Positions 1-9,118 of a stretch of DNA of 64,000 nucleotides are shown piece by piece (position 1 is the first letter of the stretch; every line of letters starts with the position of its first letter). The stretch covers positions 32,001 to 96,000 of IMG/VR virus record IMGVR_UViG_3300025405_000011; one strand, 5' to 3'. Position numbers and translations under genes: made by a program. Under the pieces are notes generated by a model that saw nothing but the letters and a program-made list of their open reading frames with translations, was not told where the DNA came from and did no database searches. Origin of the DNA: a virus.

Positions 1-579
1 CTTTTCAGCTAGTTCAACTATTTCTTGGGGGTCATGACTATTAAAGTTACGACTCCAATCCCAGTTAGGGTCATTTAGACTTCGATTAAATTCATGTCTT
101 TGAGAGATAAATAGAACAGCTTTATTGCTCATAGCCATAACCTTTTCTAGTAATTCTAGGGAATAGTCATGAGGCAAAGAGTCCATCATGCACAATACTA
201 GAGTTATATCTGCTCGTATTCCTTTATCATAAGCACTCTCTATACTTTCTACTTCGAAAGAAGCATTGGGTAAGTCAGCATAAATCTCTCGAGAACCATA
301 GATCATATTTTCAGCTAGATCAGTCCCTAGGTATTTAATATCTGGGTTAATACTTCTTAGAGTCATAGCATAAGCACAACCCACTTCATGTACCGTAACA
401 TTAGGGTCTAGTGCATAAAAATAATCTGTAATCTCTTTGGCTTTTTCTCGAACAAAATTAACAGTCCTCTTACGGTAGAGTCCCAATACTTTCTTTTCTG
501 TAAAATTATTCCAATACTCTTTACGTTGCTCGTCTGACAGTGTATTGATGTCAAACTTACCCAATCCTTTTTTAACCAT
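1..579 (-). CDS. Class I SAM-dependent methyltransferase (partial, runs off left edge)
   Basis: Hand-translated, not in the ORF track: MVKKGLGKFD...VHEVGCAYAMTL...YLGTDLAENMI (motif I and acidic motif II). ATG at 579 overlaps the stop of the upstream amidoligase. Confidence 0.75.
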   Translation of the reverse strand, partial: MVKKGLGKFDINTLSDEQRKEYWNNFTEKKVLGLYRKRTVNFVREKAKEITDYFYALDPNVTVHEVGCAYAMTLRSINPDIKYLGTDLAENMIYGSREIYADLPNASFEVESIESAYDKGIRADITLVLCMMDSLPHDYSLELLEKVMAMSNKAVLFISQRHEFNRSLNDPNWDWSRNFNSHDPQEIVELAEK

Positions 580-1438
580 TTTTAATCATTTCTATAGTTT
601 CTTGTGACCAGTCTCTTACATATTCTAGAGTTGGTAGTTTTTCAGTGCTTTTAATACTAAATTCTGCAATCCTTTGAATTAACTTAGGGTCTCTAGTACC
701 CGGCCACACTCTCCATTCGAGAGTATTATAGTTCTTAGTGGGGTCCATAACAGCACCAGGGCAGATTAGTCTACGGTATTGATATAGTTCAAAACTTTGT
801 CTAGAACCATCCGGTAGTTTATGATGCCTACGGTATTCGTAACTATATTCTTCATAGTCCTTGGTCTTCAATAGATCATTTATAAAGTCATCACTATAGC
901 GGTAGGTCTTGGGAGAATGTTGAGAAGTTGCTGCTTCATGTACGGCTATTAATAGATACTGTGCTTCTCTTACCCACTCAGTAAATTCTAGTAATCTTTT
1001 CCAGTTTGTTTCACTCTGGGCTCCAAAGTCCACGTGAACATGTAGGTCATGAAATAGATCTGGGTCAATTTCAGCTCCATATAGATCTAGATTTAATAGC
1101 ATTTTATTAAGAGTATAAAAGTCTTCTTCCATATTTTCAGGTCTTAGTATCGGAGAGATTAGTTCTGCACCCTGCCAATATTGTCTATTGCTTTCTTTGC
1201 CTCCAACAATACTACCGTCAGGCAACATTACTAGTCTTCTACACCTAGTGCCATTATGATTGCTAATAGTTTTATCACTAGAAATATTCCAACGATCATA
1301 CCTACGAACTTTTTCACTGAGTGATACTCCTCTATCTCGCCATTCCTCAAAGGAAATCTCTTGTAATTTAAAAACTACTTGAGCAGCCTTAAGGAGATTA
1401 ATATCCCCCATCTCTATTTCTAGCCCATAAGTAGTCAT
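572..1438 (-). CDS. Putative amidoligase (COOH-NH2 ligase, glutamine synthetase-like fold)
   Basis: Motifs TYGLEIEM, GAELISP, LHVHVD and TLEWR, typical of the Amidoligase_2 family. Confidence 0.8.
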   Translation of the reverse strand: MTTYGLEIEMGDINLLKAAQVVFKLQEISFEEWRDRGVSLSEKVRRYDRWNISSDKTISNHNGTRCRRLVMLPDGSIVGGKESNRQYWQGAELISPILRPENMEEDFYTLNKMLLNLDLYGAEIDPDLFHDLHVHVDFGAQSETNWKRLLEFTEWVREAQYLLIAVHEAATSQHSPKTYRYSDDFINDLLKTKDYEEYSYEYRRHHKLPDGSRQSFELYQYRRLICPGAVMDPTKNYNTLEWRVWPGTRDPKLIQRIAEFSIKSTEKLPTLEYVRDWSQETIEMIKNG

Positions 1439-3183
1439 TAGATATTAGGCCTTTGAGCAGTTGCTATAAAACCCTTCTCCAATTCTACATCAAAGGGAGC
1501 CCAAGTAGGAAAGTTCCATTCTCTACTCTCATAGATTCTTTTGGCTGGTCTATCTGGGTTATAGAGACCGGCTTCTACAAACTGTCTAGCAAACTCAAAA
1601 CAGTCACGAATTTGTTCTGGATCAGTAGTATTGGGGAAACATCTAAACTCTACAGTACCATGAGCAAATACACTACGAACATTAATACCTGCACGGTGTA
1701 CCCCAATATGATACTGTCTCTTACCAAGTCGTTCATTAAAGTGAAAGTGACCATCATAAAACTCTTGAGGAGTAGTAGCATCTAGAATAGCTTGCCAACG
1801 AGTGGGAGGAACTCCTTGCTTGGTCCAAAGATTTTTTTGTCTATTGAACTTCATAGCCAATGCATAATCTTGCTTGTTAGGATATTCTCCTTCTCTAGGA
1901 CGTTCACGAGGCAGCATATCAGTGAATACAAAATCTTGGTTTTTAATTGTATAGTCAAATAGACTCTTGAGTGCTTCGACATCATCTACTAGTCCTGGAA
2001 CTCCAATGTGTAGTTGTAAACTACCACGGTATAGTGCTTTGGGGTCTAGTAGGTCTCTTAGAGTAGAGGCAATCTCTACTTGTCTCTCGATAGAATCTGT
2101 TGGTAGAGTATTGATCTCTCCTCCATAAAAGTTTCTCTGGAGAGTGGGATCATTGGCTCTACCATCTGAGTTAACAATGGTCCATTCCTTGGGACTCCAT
2201 CGTCCACAGTCCTCTGGCAGTTTAATTCGAGCGTCACAGTCACTCCACTCTAGTTCAGCACCATAAGTAAAAGTTCCCAAACGCTTTTTCCTTTTCTCTA
2301 TAATCTTTTTTCTTGCTGCTGCAGCATTAGGGTCTGGGTACTCCATATACTTATGCTTGGTCGCTAGAAATCCCTTTTCTAGTTCCGGAAGGAACTCTTG
2401 CCATTGAGGGAAGTTCCAAGTTTTACTCTCATAAATTTCTCTAGCAGTTCTACTAGGATTATACAGAGCAGCTTCCATATATTGCTTGGCAAACTCTAGT
2501 GCATCTCTTACTTGCTCAGGATCTGTTGTTCCGGCAAAGACACGAAATTCTGTAGTCCCGTGCTTAAAGATTGCTCTAATGTTAATTCCAGCTCGAACAA
2601 TTCCGATGTGATAGAGTCTACGTCCGAGCTTTTCATTATACTGGAAGTGGTAATCATAAAATTCTTTACAGGTTGTTGAATTGAGAATATCTTGTGCACG
2701 ATTTAATGGTACTCCTTGTTTGGCCCAATAGTTTTGTTGACGATAGAAGTTTTTTGCTAGTTTAAGATCTCCCTTGTCTGGAAACTTTTCTTCCGTAGGC
2801 TCAGTGTAAGGAAGCATATCAAAGTATACAAAGTTTTGATTGTCTTGAGTATATTGGAACAGTTGCTTTAGTGCATCTAGGTCCTCTTTTAGACCTTCTA
2901 CTCCTACATGTACGTGTAGATTAGCCCGGTAAAAGGATAGAGGACTTAAAAGATCTCTGAGTTCAGTTACGATGGCAACTTGTTCTTCTATAGAGTCAGT
3001 TGGTTTAGTATTAATCTCTCCACCAAGATGAGTCTTTTTCATAGTGGGGTCATTGGCTTGACCATCACTGTTAACTAGAGTGGCATCATCTTTGTTCCAA
3101 GTGGCAGTAGGGGGTAGTTCTATTCTACGGTCTACATCACTCCATTCGAGCTCTAACCCATAAGTAAACTTACCCAATGTCAT
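1438..3183 (-). CDS. Tandem double-domain amidoligase
   Basis: Two copies of FTYGxELEWSD...GGEINTxP...L(H/Q)xHxG...EFRxF. Probable start MTLGKFTYG at 3183; the ORF track starts at 3207. Confidence 0.8.
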   Translation of the reverse strand: MTLGKFTYGLELEWSDVDRRIELPPTATWNKDDATLVNSDGQANDPTMKKTHLGGEINTKPTDSIEEQVAIVTELRDLLSPLSFYRANLHVHVGVEGLKEDLDALKQLFQYTQDNQNFVYFDMLPYTEPTEEKFPDKGDLKLAKNFYRQQNYWAKQGVPLNRAQDILNSTTCKEFYDYHFQYNEKLGRRLYHIGIVRAGINIRAIFKHGTTEFRVFAGTTDPEQVRDALEFAKQYMEAALYNPSRTAREIYESKTWNFPQWQEFLPELEKGFLATKHKYMEYPDPNAAAARKKIIEKRKKRLGTFTYGAELEWSDCDARIKLPEDCGRWSPKEWTIVNSDGRANDPTLQRNFYGGEINTLPTDSIERQVEIASTLRDLLDPKALYRGSLQLHIGVPGLVDDVEALKSLFDYTIKNQDFVFTDMLPRERPREGEYPNKQDYALAMKFNRQKNLWTKQGVPPTRWQAILDATTPQEFYDGHFHFNERLGKRQYHIGVHRAGINVRSVFAHGTVEFRCFPNTTDPEQIRDCFEFARQFVEAGLYNPDRPAKRIYESREWNFPTWAPFDVELEKGFIATAQRPNI

Positions 3184-3520
3184 AAGTAAAGGCCTTAATC
3201 TTTTCATTGTTCTGATCTATTTCCATTACTTTGGCTGGTTCATACTCTGTACTAGTTTTACGAGTAAATAGAATACACTTGTCTCCAATTTCTCCTAAAC
3301 GAGCACCTCCACCGTTTAAGTGGAACTCTCTATCTGGACCATAGAGTACATAAGTTTCCCACCGAAGACCGTTGTTAGCATTTACACAATAGATCCACTC
3401 ATATTCTTCAATACCAAGTTCCAGGCAGTAGTTTTCTGGAATAGTAACAGAACCATGGTAGTCCAAACTCTTATGAGTTACTCTAATTCCATGTAGCTTG
3501 GCTCCTACATATTGTCTCAT
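3170..3520 (-). CDS. panD: Aspartate 1-decarboxylase (pyruvoyl-dependent)
   Basis: KLH motif, YHG|SVTI autocleavage site, NGxRWETY, LNGGGAR; AGGAG RBS upstream. Confidence 0.92.
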   Translation of the reverse strand: MRQYVGAKLHGIRVTHKSLDYHGSVTIPENYCLELGIEEYEWIYCVNANNGLRWETYVLYGPDREFHLNGGGARLGEIGDKCILFTRKTSTEYEPAKVMEIDQNNEKIKAFTYDIG

Positions 3521-3573
3521 TGTGTCTCCTATTGTTGCTGTGATTGTATAGCTTGGTTTTGTGGTTTAGTTAC

Positions 3574-3602
3574 ATTATAAACCATTAATTATCAGGATAC
3601 AA
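3574..3602 (-). promoter_or_regulatory. SigA/sigma70-type promoter for the panD operon
   Basis: TTGTAT-N17-TATAAT upstream of panD. Confidence 0.7.
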
Positions 3603-4614
3603 CTAAAAGTCTTTCTTTTACAAAACGCTCTTGAGAAAGATTCTTGGCCTTACTTTCAAGTTGGATATCAAAGTCATCATGGAAACGCCAAGCCCATTGA
3701 TTACTGGCTTGGTTCCAATAGTAGTCACTATGAGCTCTTAGCTTGGGTTTATTAAAACCTTGCTTGATTAGTTCTACAAAATCAGGAGCTACATAAGGGT
3801 CATGACCTATTAGTACATCTTCACGAGGAAGGCTATAGTGAATAACAGGACGCTTGCCTTTCCAAGAGTCTACAATTCTCAATACTCTAGAGTCATCAGG
3901 CTCAATATACTCACCAGTCTTGACCCAGTGGTGATGGATATCTAGTACTAGGGGGACATGGTGCTCTAGCTTAAGACTCTCTTCAATACCCCAGTTCATT
4001 TCACTATTCTCAATAGTTATATTTTCACGAGCAGTTCTAGAAAGATAAGGTAGTGCCTCTATAATACCTCGAGCACCCATCTGACCGGCAATATGTACAT
4101 TAATCTTGACATCTAGAGGGTCAGTATAGCCCATCCAATAGACCATATCAGCATGGTATTCCATCTCGTCTATACTACGCTGAACTACATCAGGGCGGTG
4201 ACTAGCCAATACCGTAAACTCTCCAGGGTGAAAACTCAAACGTATATCATGCTCTCTAGCAAAGTCACCAATACGTCCAAAACCATCTTCAATCTTGGGA
4301 AGGATACCAGGTCTACGATATACTTCTCGCCAATAAGGTAGACTATACAGAGGCAATAGATCACTACCCAGACGAACCATATGATAGATATCGTCACGAG
4401 CAGCAACACGCTCTAGTAAAAGCTCTACACTACGAAGGTTATGCTCTAGGACCTCAATCAATTTCATATCGGCAGTATGGCCCAGATTATTATTCATCCA
4501 GGTCAAAGTAAGACTTCTAGTGCTTAATGCCCTAGCATCATCTTTGGGGCCAATACCGTTAATCTGACCATCATGGTCAATCCACTTACAACAAAAACCT
4601 ACTCGTTTTTTCAC
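3592..4614 (-). CDS. uvsE: UV damage endonuclease (UvsE/UvdE)
   Basis: RVGFCC, RLGSDLLP, RLSFHPG, INVH, TIEN, VLDIHHH, AHSDY, ESKAK motifs. Confidence 0.93.
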   Translation of the reverse strand: MKKRVGFCCKWIDHDGQINGIGPKDDARALSTRSLTLTWMNNNLGHTADMKLIEVLEHNLRSVELLLERVAARDDIYHMVRLGSDLLPLYSLPYWREVYRRPGILPKIEDGFGRIGDFAREHDIRLSFHPGEFTVLASHRPDVVQRSIDEMEYHADMVYWMGYTDPLDVKINVHIAGQMGARGIIEALPYLSRTARENITIENSEMNWGIEESLKLEHHVPLVLDIHHHWVKTGEYIEPDDSRVLRIVDSWKGKRPVIHYSLPREDVLIGHDPYVAPDFVELIKQGFNKPKLRAHSDYYWNQASNQWAWRFHDDFDIQLESKAKNLSQERFVKERLLVVS

Positions 4615-5019
4615 TTACTTATCTTTCTTGGCTTCTTCTCGTTCTGATAGGCCATCTCTTACAGTATAGTAACCTCTTCTGGTCTTAACAAAGTAAAAGG
4701 GATTTTCTTTTATAGTCTTAATGGCGGTATCGTAACTTACTCCAAGTTTACGACCTAGATCAGAAGTACCATACTCTTGCTCTAAGTGAGCCAAAACCCA
4801 CTCACGAAGTTTAAGTGTCTTGTCTTCCTTGGTCTTCTTTACTAGTTGTGGAGTCTGTCCGGTTAGTTCTTCTATTAGACTCTTACTGACCATATGAGTA
4901 ACCAAACTCTCTATGACATTCCAACCGTTACGAGTGGCTTTTTCAATTATCCACTGTGCTCTTAAAACTTCTGACTTATCAAAAGTCTCTTGATAGTCTA
5001 CTTTTTCTTGACTTTCCAA
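4615..5019 (-). CDS. Hypothetical protein, possible C-terminal winged HTH
   Basis: TSDLGRKLGVSYDTA helix-turn-helix followed by a KTRRGYY wing. Confidence 0.5.
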   Translation of the reverse strand: MESQEKVDYQETFDKSEVLRAQWIIEKATRNGWNVIESLVTHMVSKSLIEELTGQTPQLVKKTKEDKTLKLREWVLAHLEQEYGTSDLGRKLGVSYDTAIKTIKENPFYFVKTRRGYYTVRDGLSEREEAKKDK

Positions 5020-5615
5020 CTCTCTACTTCCTTCCTAAAGTAGTCCTCTAGATCTTCCAAACTAGTGGGTATAGTTTTAATTTTAGTAGATCTCTTGTAC
5101 ATATTCAAGCTCATTTTGATTAGTTCGTCGATATCTACCTGGTACTCTTTGTCAGTAGGCCGGGTTCCATCACCGTCTACAGGCCTTTGATCTGCTGGAA
5201 TATAGTAGATTCGGTCCCAGTAATTGTGATACTCCCAGTCCATTTCCATCTGACACACTCTAAGAGTAAAGCCAGTGTCACGGTCCATCATTTGCTTTTT
5301 GGCCTTGTGTAGTTGATAGGCAGTCTCGTCCATGGCCCATCGTTCACTAATAACAAAGTCAGCGGACATAGAACCTTTGGCCATCATCATTCTACGACGT
5401 TCATAGATGCAGGCTAGTTGGAAGGAGTTTCCTTCTGGGGAAAGTATTGGTCCAGAATTTGTTGGGCTACCACTGCCCCAAGACAATACATTACGAGTGA
5501 CACTTCCAAGAGGAGCAATAGTGACTGCTTCCATTTCTTCATTGATAACCTTTCTTAGAATTCTAGCTGCCGTAGTCTTGCCGGTTCCATGACTACCAGT
5601 AAATGCTATTCTCAT
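4998..5615 (-). CDS. P-loop nucleotide kinase-like ATPase (NadR/AAA_28-like)
   Basis: N-terminal IAFTGSHGTGKTT, ISERWAMD, DGDGTR. Confidence 0.75.
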   Translation of the reverse strand: MRIAFTGSHGTGKTTAARILRKVINEEMEAVTIAPLGSVTRNVLSWGSGSPTNSGPILSPEGNSFQLACIYERRRMMMAKGSMSADFVISERWAMDETAYQLHKAKKQMMDRDTGFTLRVCQMEMDWEYHNYWDRIYYIPADQRPVDGDGTRPTDKEYQVDIDELIKMSLNMYKRSTKIKTIPTSLEDLEDYFRKEVESWKVKKK

Positions 5616-5956
5616 CCTTTTCGATATCTCTTTCTATGTTTTTTAATGGGTTCCTTAAAGGCATCCACTCTTAATACTATAAGTCTCAACTGTCTATCGG
5701 TCATCTTGCTCTGTCTTCTTAGACCATGAGCTATTCTAACGATATCGTTTAAACTATATCTTCTGTCTCCACCAGAGGTTCTCCTAATTGTCAAAGGATT
5801 ACCCTCACGGTCAATAAATTGACCTAAATTCTCTTTACGTCTAAATGCTTGAGGCTGTAAATCAAAGAAAGCAGCAGCCATTCCAAGAGTGAACACTGGG
5901 TCATCATCCCGACGAGCCAGTCCCTGTCTCTTGACGTCATTTGGCTGATCGGACAT
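5612..5956 (-). CDS. MerR-like HTH DNA-binding protein
   Basis: FTLGMAAAFF...RTSGGDRRYSLNDI. Confidence 0.75.
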   Translation of the reverse strand: MSDQPNDVKRQGLARRDDDPVFTLGMAAAFFDLQPQAFRRKENLGQFIDREGNPLTIRRTSGGDRRYSLNDIVRIAHGLRRQSKMTDRQLRLIVLRVDAFKEPIKKHRKRYRKG

Positions 5957-6614
5957 AGAAGGCCGTCCGGTTCTTGCCGGGGATTGCTGCCTTTACAATC
6001 TGCTCCATACCAATATTACCGACTTTGAGCTGTCGTTCCAACTCTTTTTCATTGAGTTCGTATTCTAGGGTATAGGTTGTCTCGGTTTTACCTCCCGGAT
6101 ACTTGATGGTCCTATTGGTACCGATCTCGTTGGTAATACTGGCAAACTGATCTGGTTCTAGAACAGTTTTGAGCAAGTCTATGTCTAGGTTTAGTTTACC
6201 ACCGGACACTTCTTTGCTGAGCTTGACCTTGTTCTCTACACTGTACAGTGAACCACTCTCGGTCAAACTGTCTCGTCCATCATACTCGATGGCAAGATTG
6301 ATAACTTCGGTGGCATAGCTCTTTAGAGCGTCTGCACGACCGGTAATGATATCTTGGGCAGCACGAACTGTCAATAGTTCAGTGGCCAAGACATCGATCT
6401 CGTCATTGTCTAGTCTATGTGGATTCGAGATGTCGGTCATTCCCAACACTTCGAATAGTGCACCGAAAGTTTCATCGGCACCGGCAGCAATTACATCTTG
6501 TGCACTCTCGCGACGAACTTCAGCTCGACTTCTTGACCGTGCTGACTCCCCAAATGCAGGTGGTTCGGTCACCTCGCGTAAATAGGTAGTTTCCGGTGTT
6601 AACTTGTTTTCCAT
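5937..6614 (-). CDS. Hypothetical protein
   Basis: 225-aa ORF with GAGGAGG RBS and its own promoter. Confidence 0.7.
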   Translation of the reverse strand: MENKLTPETTYLREVTEPPAFGESARSRSRAEVRRESAQDVIAAGADETFGALFEVLGMTDISNPHRLDNDEIDVLATELLTVRAAQDIITGRADALKSYATEVINLAIEYDGRDSLTESGSLYSVENKVKLSKEVSGGKLNLDIDLLKTVLEPDQFASITNEIGTNRTIKYPGGKTETTYTLEYELNEKELERQLKVGNIGMEQIVKAAIPGKNRTAFYVRSAK

Positions 6615-6649
6615 ACTTGGAGGCCTCCTCTTGGCTCTTACTATATACT

Positions 6650-6678
6650 ATGATAGTGGGATTCGAGTTCATAATCAA
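6650..6678 (-). promoter_or_regulatory. SigA-type promoter
   Basis: TTGATT-N17-TATCAT. Confidence 0.6.
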
Positions 6679-6679
6679 C

Positions 6680-7252
6680 TTATCCCAGTCGGACTTCTAG
6701 TCCTCGAGTAGTGACATACCATATGTTACCGCCCACTCCGGCAGCGGTCCGGGTAGACACACGAGCGGCCCGGATGACATCGTTCTTGGTCCACGGACCG
6801 TCCTCGCCCAGGCTTCCGAATGCCTCCGATAGTCCCGAGCCCATGGCCCATCGACCGCTGGTCGGTATAAGTACACTAAAGTCCTCGTCGATGGCTACAA
6901 GGTTATTGCCCCAGGCCATAATGAGTCCGGCACCAAAGGTCTCTACACTCTTGCTTACGCTCAGGCTACCGTGATCGTTAAGAGCCTCGCGTATGGCCGG
7001 AACAACCTCGCGGATTACAAATCTCTCGATGTCGTTCTGATGATAGTCTCGAAACTCGGGCCAGTCGGTCCAGTGTTGTATGACCTGAGCTGCACGCACA
7101 TCGCCGCAAGAGGCAAATGCAAACTTACGCTCGCGTTCGACCCATAGTTTGCCACTGCCCTCGTGACTCTTGGTATAGTCCCACGAGATCTCGCTGTCGG
7201 CGGCTATAACTACACCGTCCAGTCTGGTTACTGCAGCGGCAAGGACGGTCAC
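6680..7252 (-). CDS. Proteasome beta-subunit/HslV-like Ntn-hydrolase
   Basis: N-terminal (M)T nucleophile, GVVIAADS, AMGSG..A.G, terminal GVGG. Confidence 0.8.
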   Translation of the reverse strand: MTVLAAAVTRLDGVVIAADSEISWDYTKSHEGSGKLWVERERKFAFASCGDVRAAQVIQHWTDWPEFRDYHQNDIERFVIREVVPAIREALNDHGSLSVSKSVETFGAGLIMAWGNNLVAIDEDFSVLIPTSGRWAMGSGLSEAFGSLGEDGPWTKNDVIRAARVSTRTAAGVGGNIWYVTTRGLEVRLG

Positions 7253-7271
7253 GTTCGCTCCACACGGTACA

Positions 7272-7613
7272 CTAGTAGTAGTCCTCTTCGGCTGACACTA
7301 CGGGTTCTGCATCGGGGTCCACGTCGACATCTGCCGCTGTGTCTGCATCGGGCGCCGTGCCTTCGGCACTATTGGACTCGAGCTCGGCGGCCCCTTCTGC
7401 TGTACCCAGTAGTTCACTTACAACACTTCTAAATTGGGGCCCCACTACAGAGTCCCACATTTCTGCGAACATAATCTGATGCTTACCTTCGGCTACTTCA
7501 CTCTCCCATAGGCTTAGTTCTGCTCCTACTTCAGGTTTAATCCAGTCCCATTCACCTTTGGCATTCTTTACTTGGAGAGTGGCTCCAATCGATACTGATA
7601 GTTTAAGTTCCAT
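7272..7613 (-). CDS. Hypothetical protein with acidic tail
   Basis: 113-aa ORF, translationally coupled to the upstream gene. Confidence 0.6.
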   Translation of the reverse strand: MELKLSVSIGATLQVKNAKGEWDWIKPEVGAELSLWESEVAEGKHQIMFAEMWDSVVGPQFRSVVSELLGTAEGAAELESNSAEGTAPDADTAADVDVDPDAEPVVSAEEDYY

Positions 7614-8020
7614 TATTGACCCTGAGAATACTTTTCAGCATCTGGGGAAAGCATCCAGTTAATGGTACCGAGTAATAGTTCAAAGTTCTTCTTTTCTTCG
7701 AATGTTACTCCTTGTACGTTTCCATCCGTAATATTGGCCAAGAGTAGAATTAGAGCGTGCTGCATCTCTTCTGCACCCTTTTGACGAAATACATATTCTG
7801 ATACATCTTCTGTCCTAAGTTCAGCAATGCCTTCTAGTTCATTGACTACTTCTGGTTCATTGGTTCCTTCTACCATTTTCTTTAACTCCTTTTGTGTCTT
7901 ACGAATTCCATTAAAAATATAGTTGGTTAAAACTATACCTGCTGTGTCTATAACTAGACTTCTACCCGAATGCTTTAAGGTAGACTTCATTGCTCCACTA
8001 CCCCATGTATTACTAGACAT
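7613..8020 (-). CDS. Hypothetical protein
   Basis: 135-aa ORF downstream of a predicted promoter. Confidence 0.6.
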   Translation of the reverse strand: MSSNTWGSGAMKSTLKHSGRSLVIDTAGIVLTNYIFNGIRKTQKELKKMVEGTNEPEVVNELEGIAELRTEDVSEYVFRQKGAEEMQHALILLLANITDGNVQGVTFEEKKNFELLLGTINWMLSPDAEKYSQGQ

Positions 8021-8047
8021 ACTTACTCTTTCTCTATACTAATTCGT

Positions 8048-8076
8048 AGTATAATAATTCTTCTTGTAAAAAACAA
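8048..8076 (-). promoter_or_regulatory. SigA-type promoter
   Basis: TTGTTT-N17-TATACT. Confidence 0.6.
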
Positions 8077-8084
8077 GATAAAAG

Positions 8085-8156
8085 TACCTCCACTCGGAAT
8101 CGAACCGAGATCAATGGGTTAGAACTCCAGTGCACTATCCGTTGTGCTATAGAGGC
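8085..8156 (-). tRNA. tRNA-Arg(UCU), atypical anticodon arm, no encoded CCA
   Basis: GCCTCTA/TGGAGGT acceptor stem, GCAC-AACGGATA-GTGC D arm with A20, CTCGG-TTCGATT-CCGAG T arm, anticodon loop GT-TCT-AA. Confidence 0.8.
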
Positions 8157-8399
8157 TCAATTGCTATTATATAGACTAGTATCTATTCCATAGGCATTCA
8201 AGATATTTACACATTGAAGATAGATTCCACTATTCATAGCTCCCACTCCAGGGTTTGCTGCTTTTACTACTCCTTTAATCCAGAGTTCTGTACCTTCCTC
8301 TTGGAAGTTTACAAAAGCATTGATATTGGTAGGACTAGCTGGAATATTGGCCATAGACATTAGTGTTAGTGCAGCCCATTGTATAGTACCTTTAGCCAT
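8157..8399 (-). CDS. Small hypothetical protein
   Basis: 80 aa, AGGAG RBS, coupled to the sulfotransferase stop; its stop abuts the tRNA. Confidence 0.6.
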   Translation of the reverse strand: MAKGTIQWAALTLMSMANIPASPTNINAFVNFQEEGTELWIKGVVKAANPGVGAMNSGIYLQCVNILNAYGIDTSLYNSN

Positions 8400-9118
8400 T
8401 ATTCTCCTTTGTTAAAAAATAGTTCTTTGTTAAAGTAGATCTCTGAATCAATATTGTTTAGTTCATATAGTCTATCAATTTGTTTAGTAGATAGTTGTGA
8501 AAACATAGAAGAAGAATCTTTGTTAATATTATAACCCATAGTAATAATAGTATTTTGAGGTGGAGCTACATATCGAGCATTAAAATCTCTAAGGACCCTA
8601 CGTGTTACTAGTTCCATTCTATCTCTAGTCAACTGACTATCTCTTAATAAGACTTGTATACGTTCTATCCTAGTGTCTAGTAGACTTCTATCTATTTCTA
8701 GTGACCTAAATTCATAGTTGTTGGCAAAAAAATAAGCATTACCCTGACAACTAGAGTCATCAAAAAGTAAATTCTTCACTTGATAATTACTTATAAAGCT
8801 TTGCTCTCTGTCTACCCATTGTAAAAGTCCATCTATGTCTAGTGTATAATCCTCAAAAGATTTAAACTTATCATAGAGTACATAACAAAAATGACTTACC
8901 GTTCTTTTTGCAGGATCACGAAGAGAAGTAACTATATAAGTGTCTTCCTTAACTGGTTTCCAAGCGTGATGATACTCGGAGTTAATGTTCTCTATTCCAA
9001 CTGGTTCTAGACTTGATATTAGATGGGAGAAGAGTTCAGCTTTTATATAATGGCCCCCACACTTGGGTATGTGTAAGTAATAGATATTACTATTCATCGA
9101 TAGATTTTCTTTTTCCAA
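8399..9118 (-). CDS. Sulfotransferase family protein
   Basis: 5'-PSB motif HIPKCGG and 3'-PB motif LRDPAKRTVS. Confidence 0.8.
   Translation of the reverse strand: MEKENLSMNSNIYYLHIPKCGGHYIKAELFSHLISSLEPVGIENINSEYHHAWKPVKEDTYIVTSLRDPAKRTVSHFCYVLYDKFKSFEDYTLDIDGLLQWVDREQSFISNYQVKNLLFDDSSCQGNAYFFANNYEFRSLEIDRSLLDTRIERIQVLLRDSQLTRDRMELVTRRVLRDFNARYVAPPQNTIITMGYNINKDSSSMFSQLSTKQIDRLYELNNIDSEIYFNKELFFNKGE

Noticed and set aside
8085-8156. Reading the tRNA as an amber suppressor (CUA) and the genome as TAG-recoded
   Set aside because: The CUA register destroys the anticodon stem, and A20 fits Arg. Long ORFs have no internal TAG, and many genes end in TAG right before the next start.
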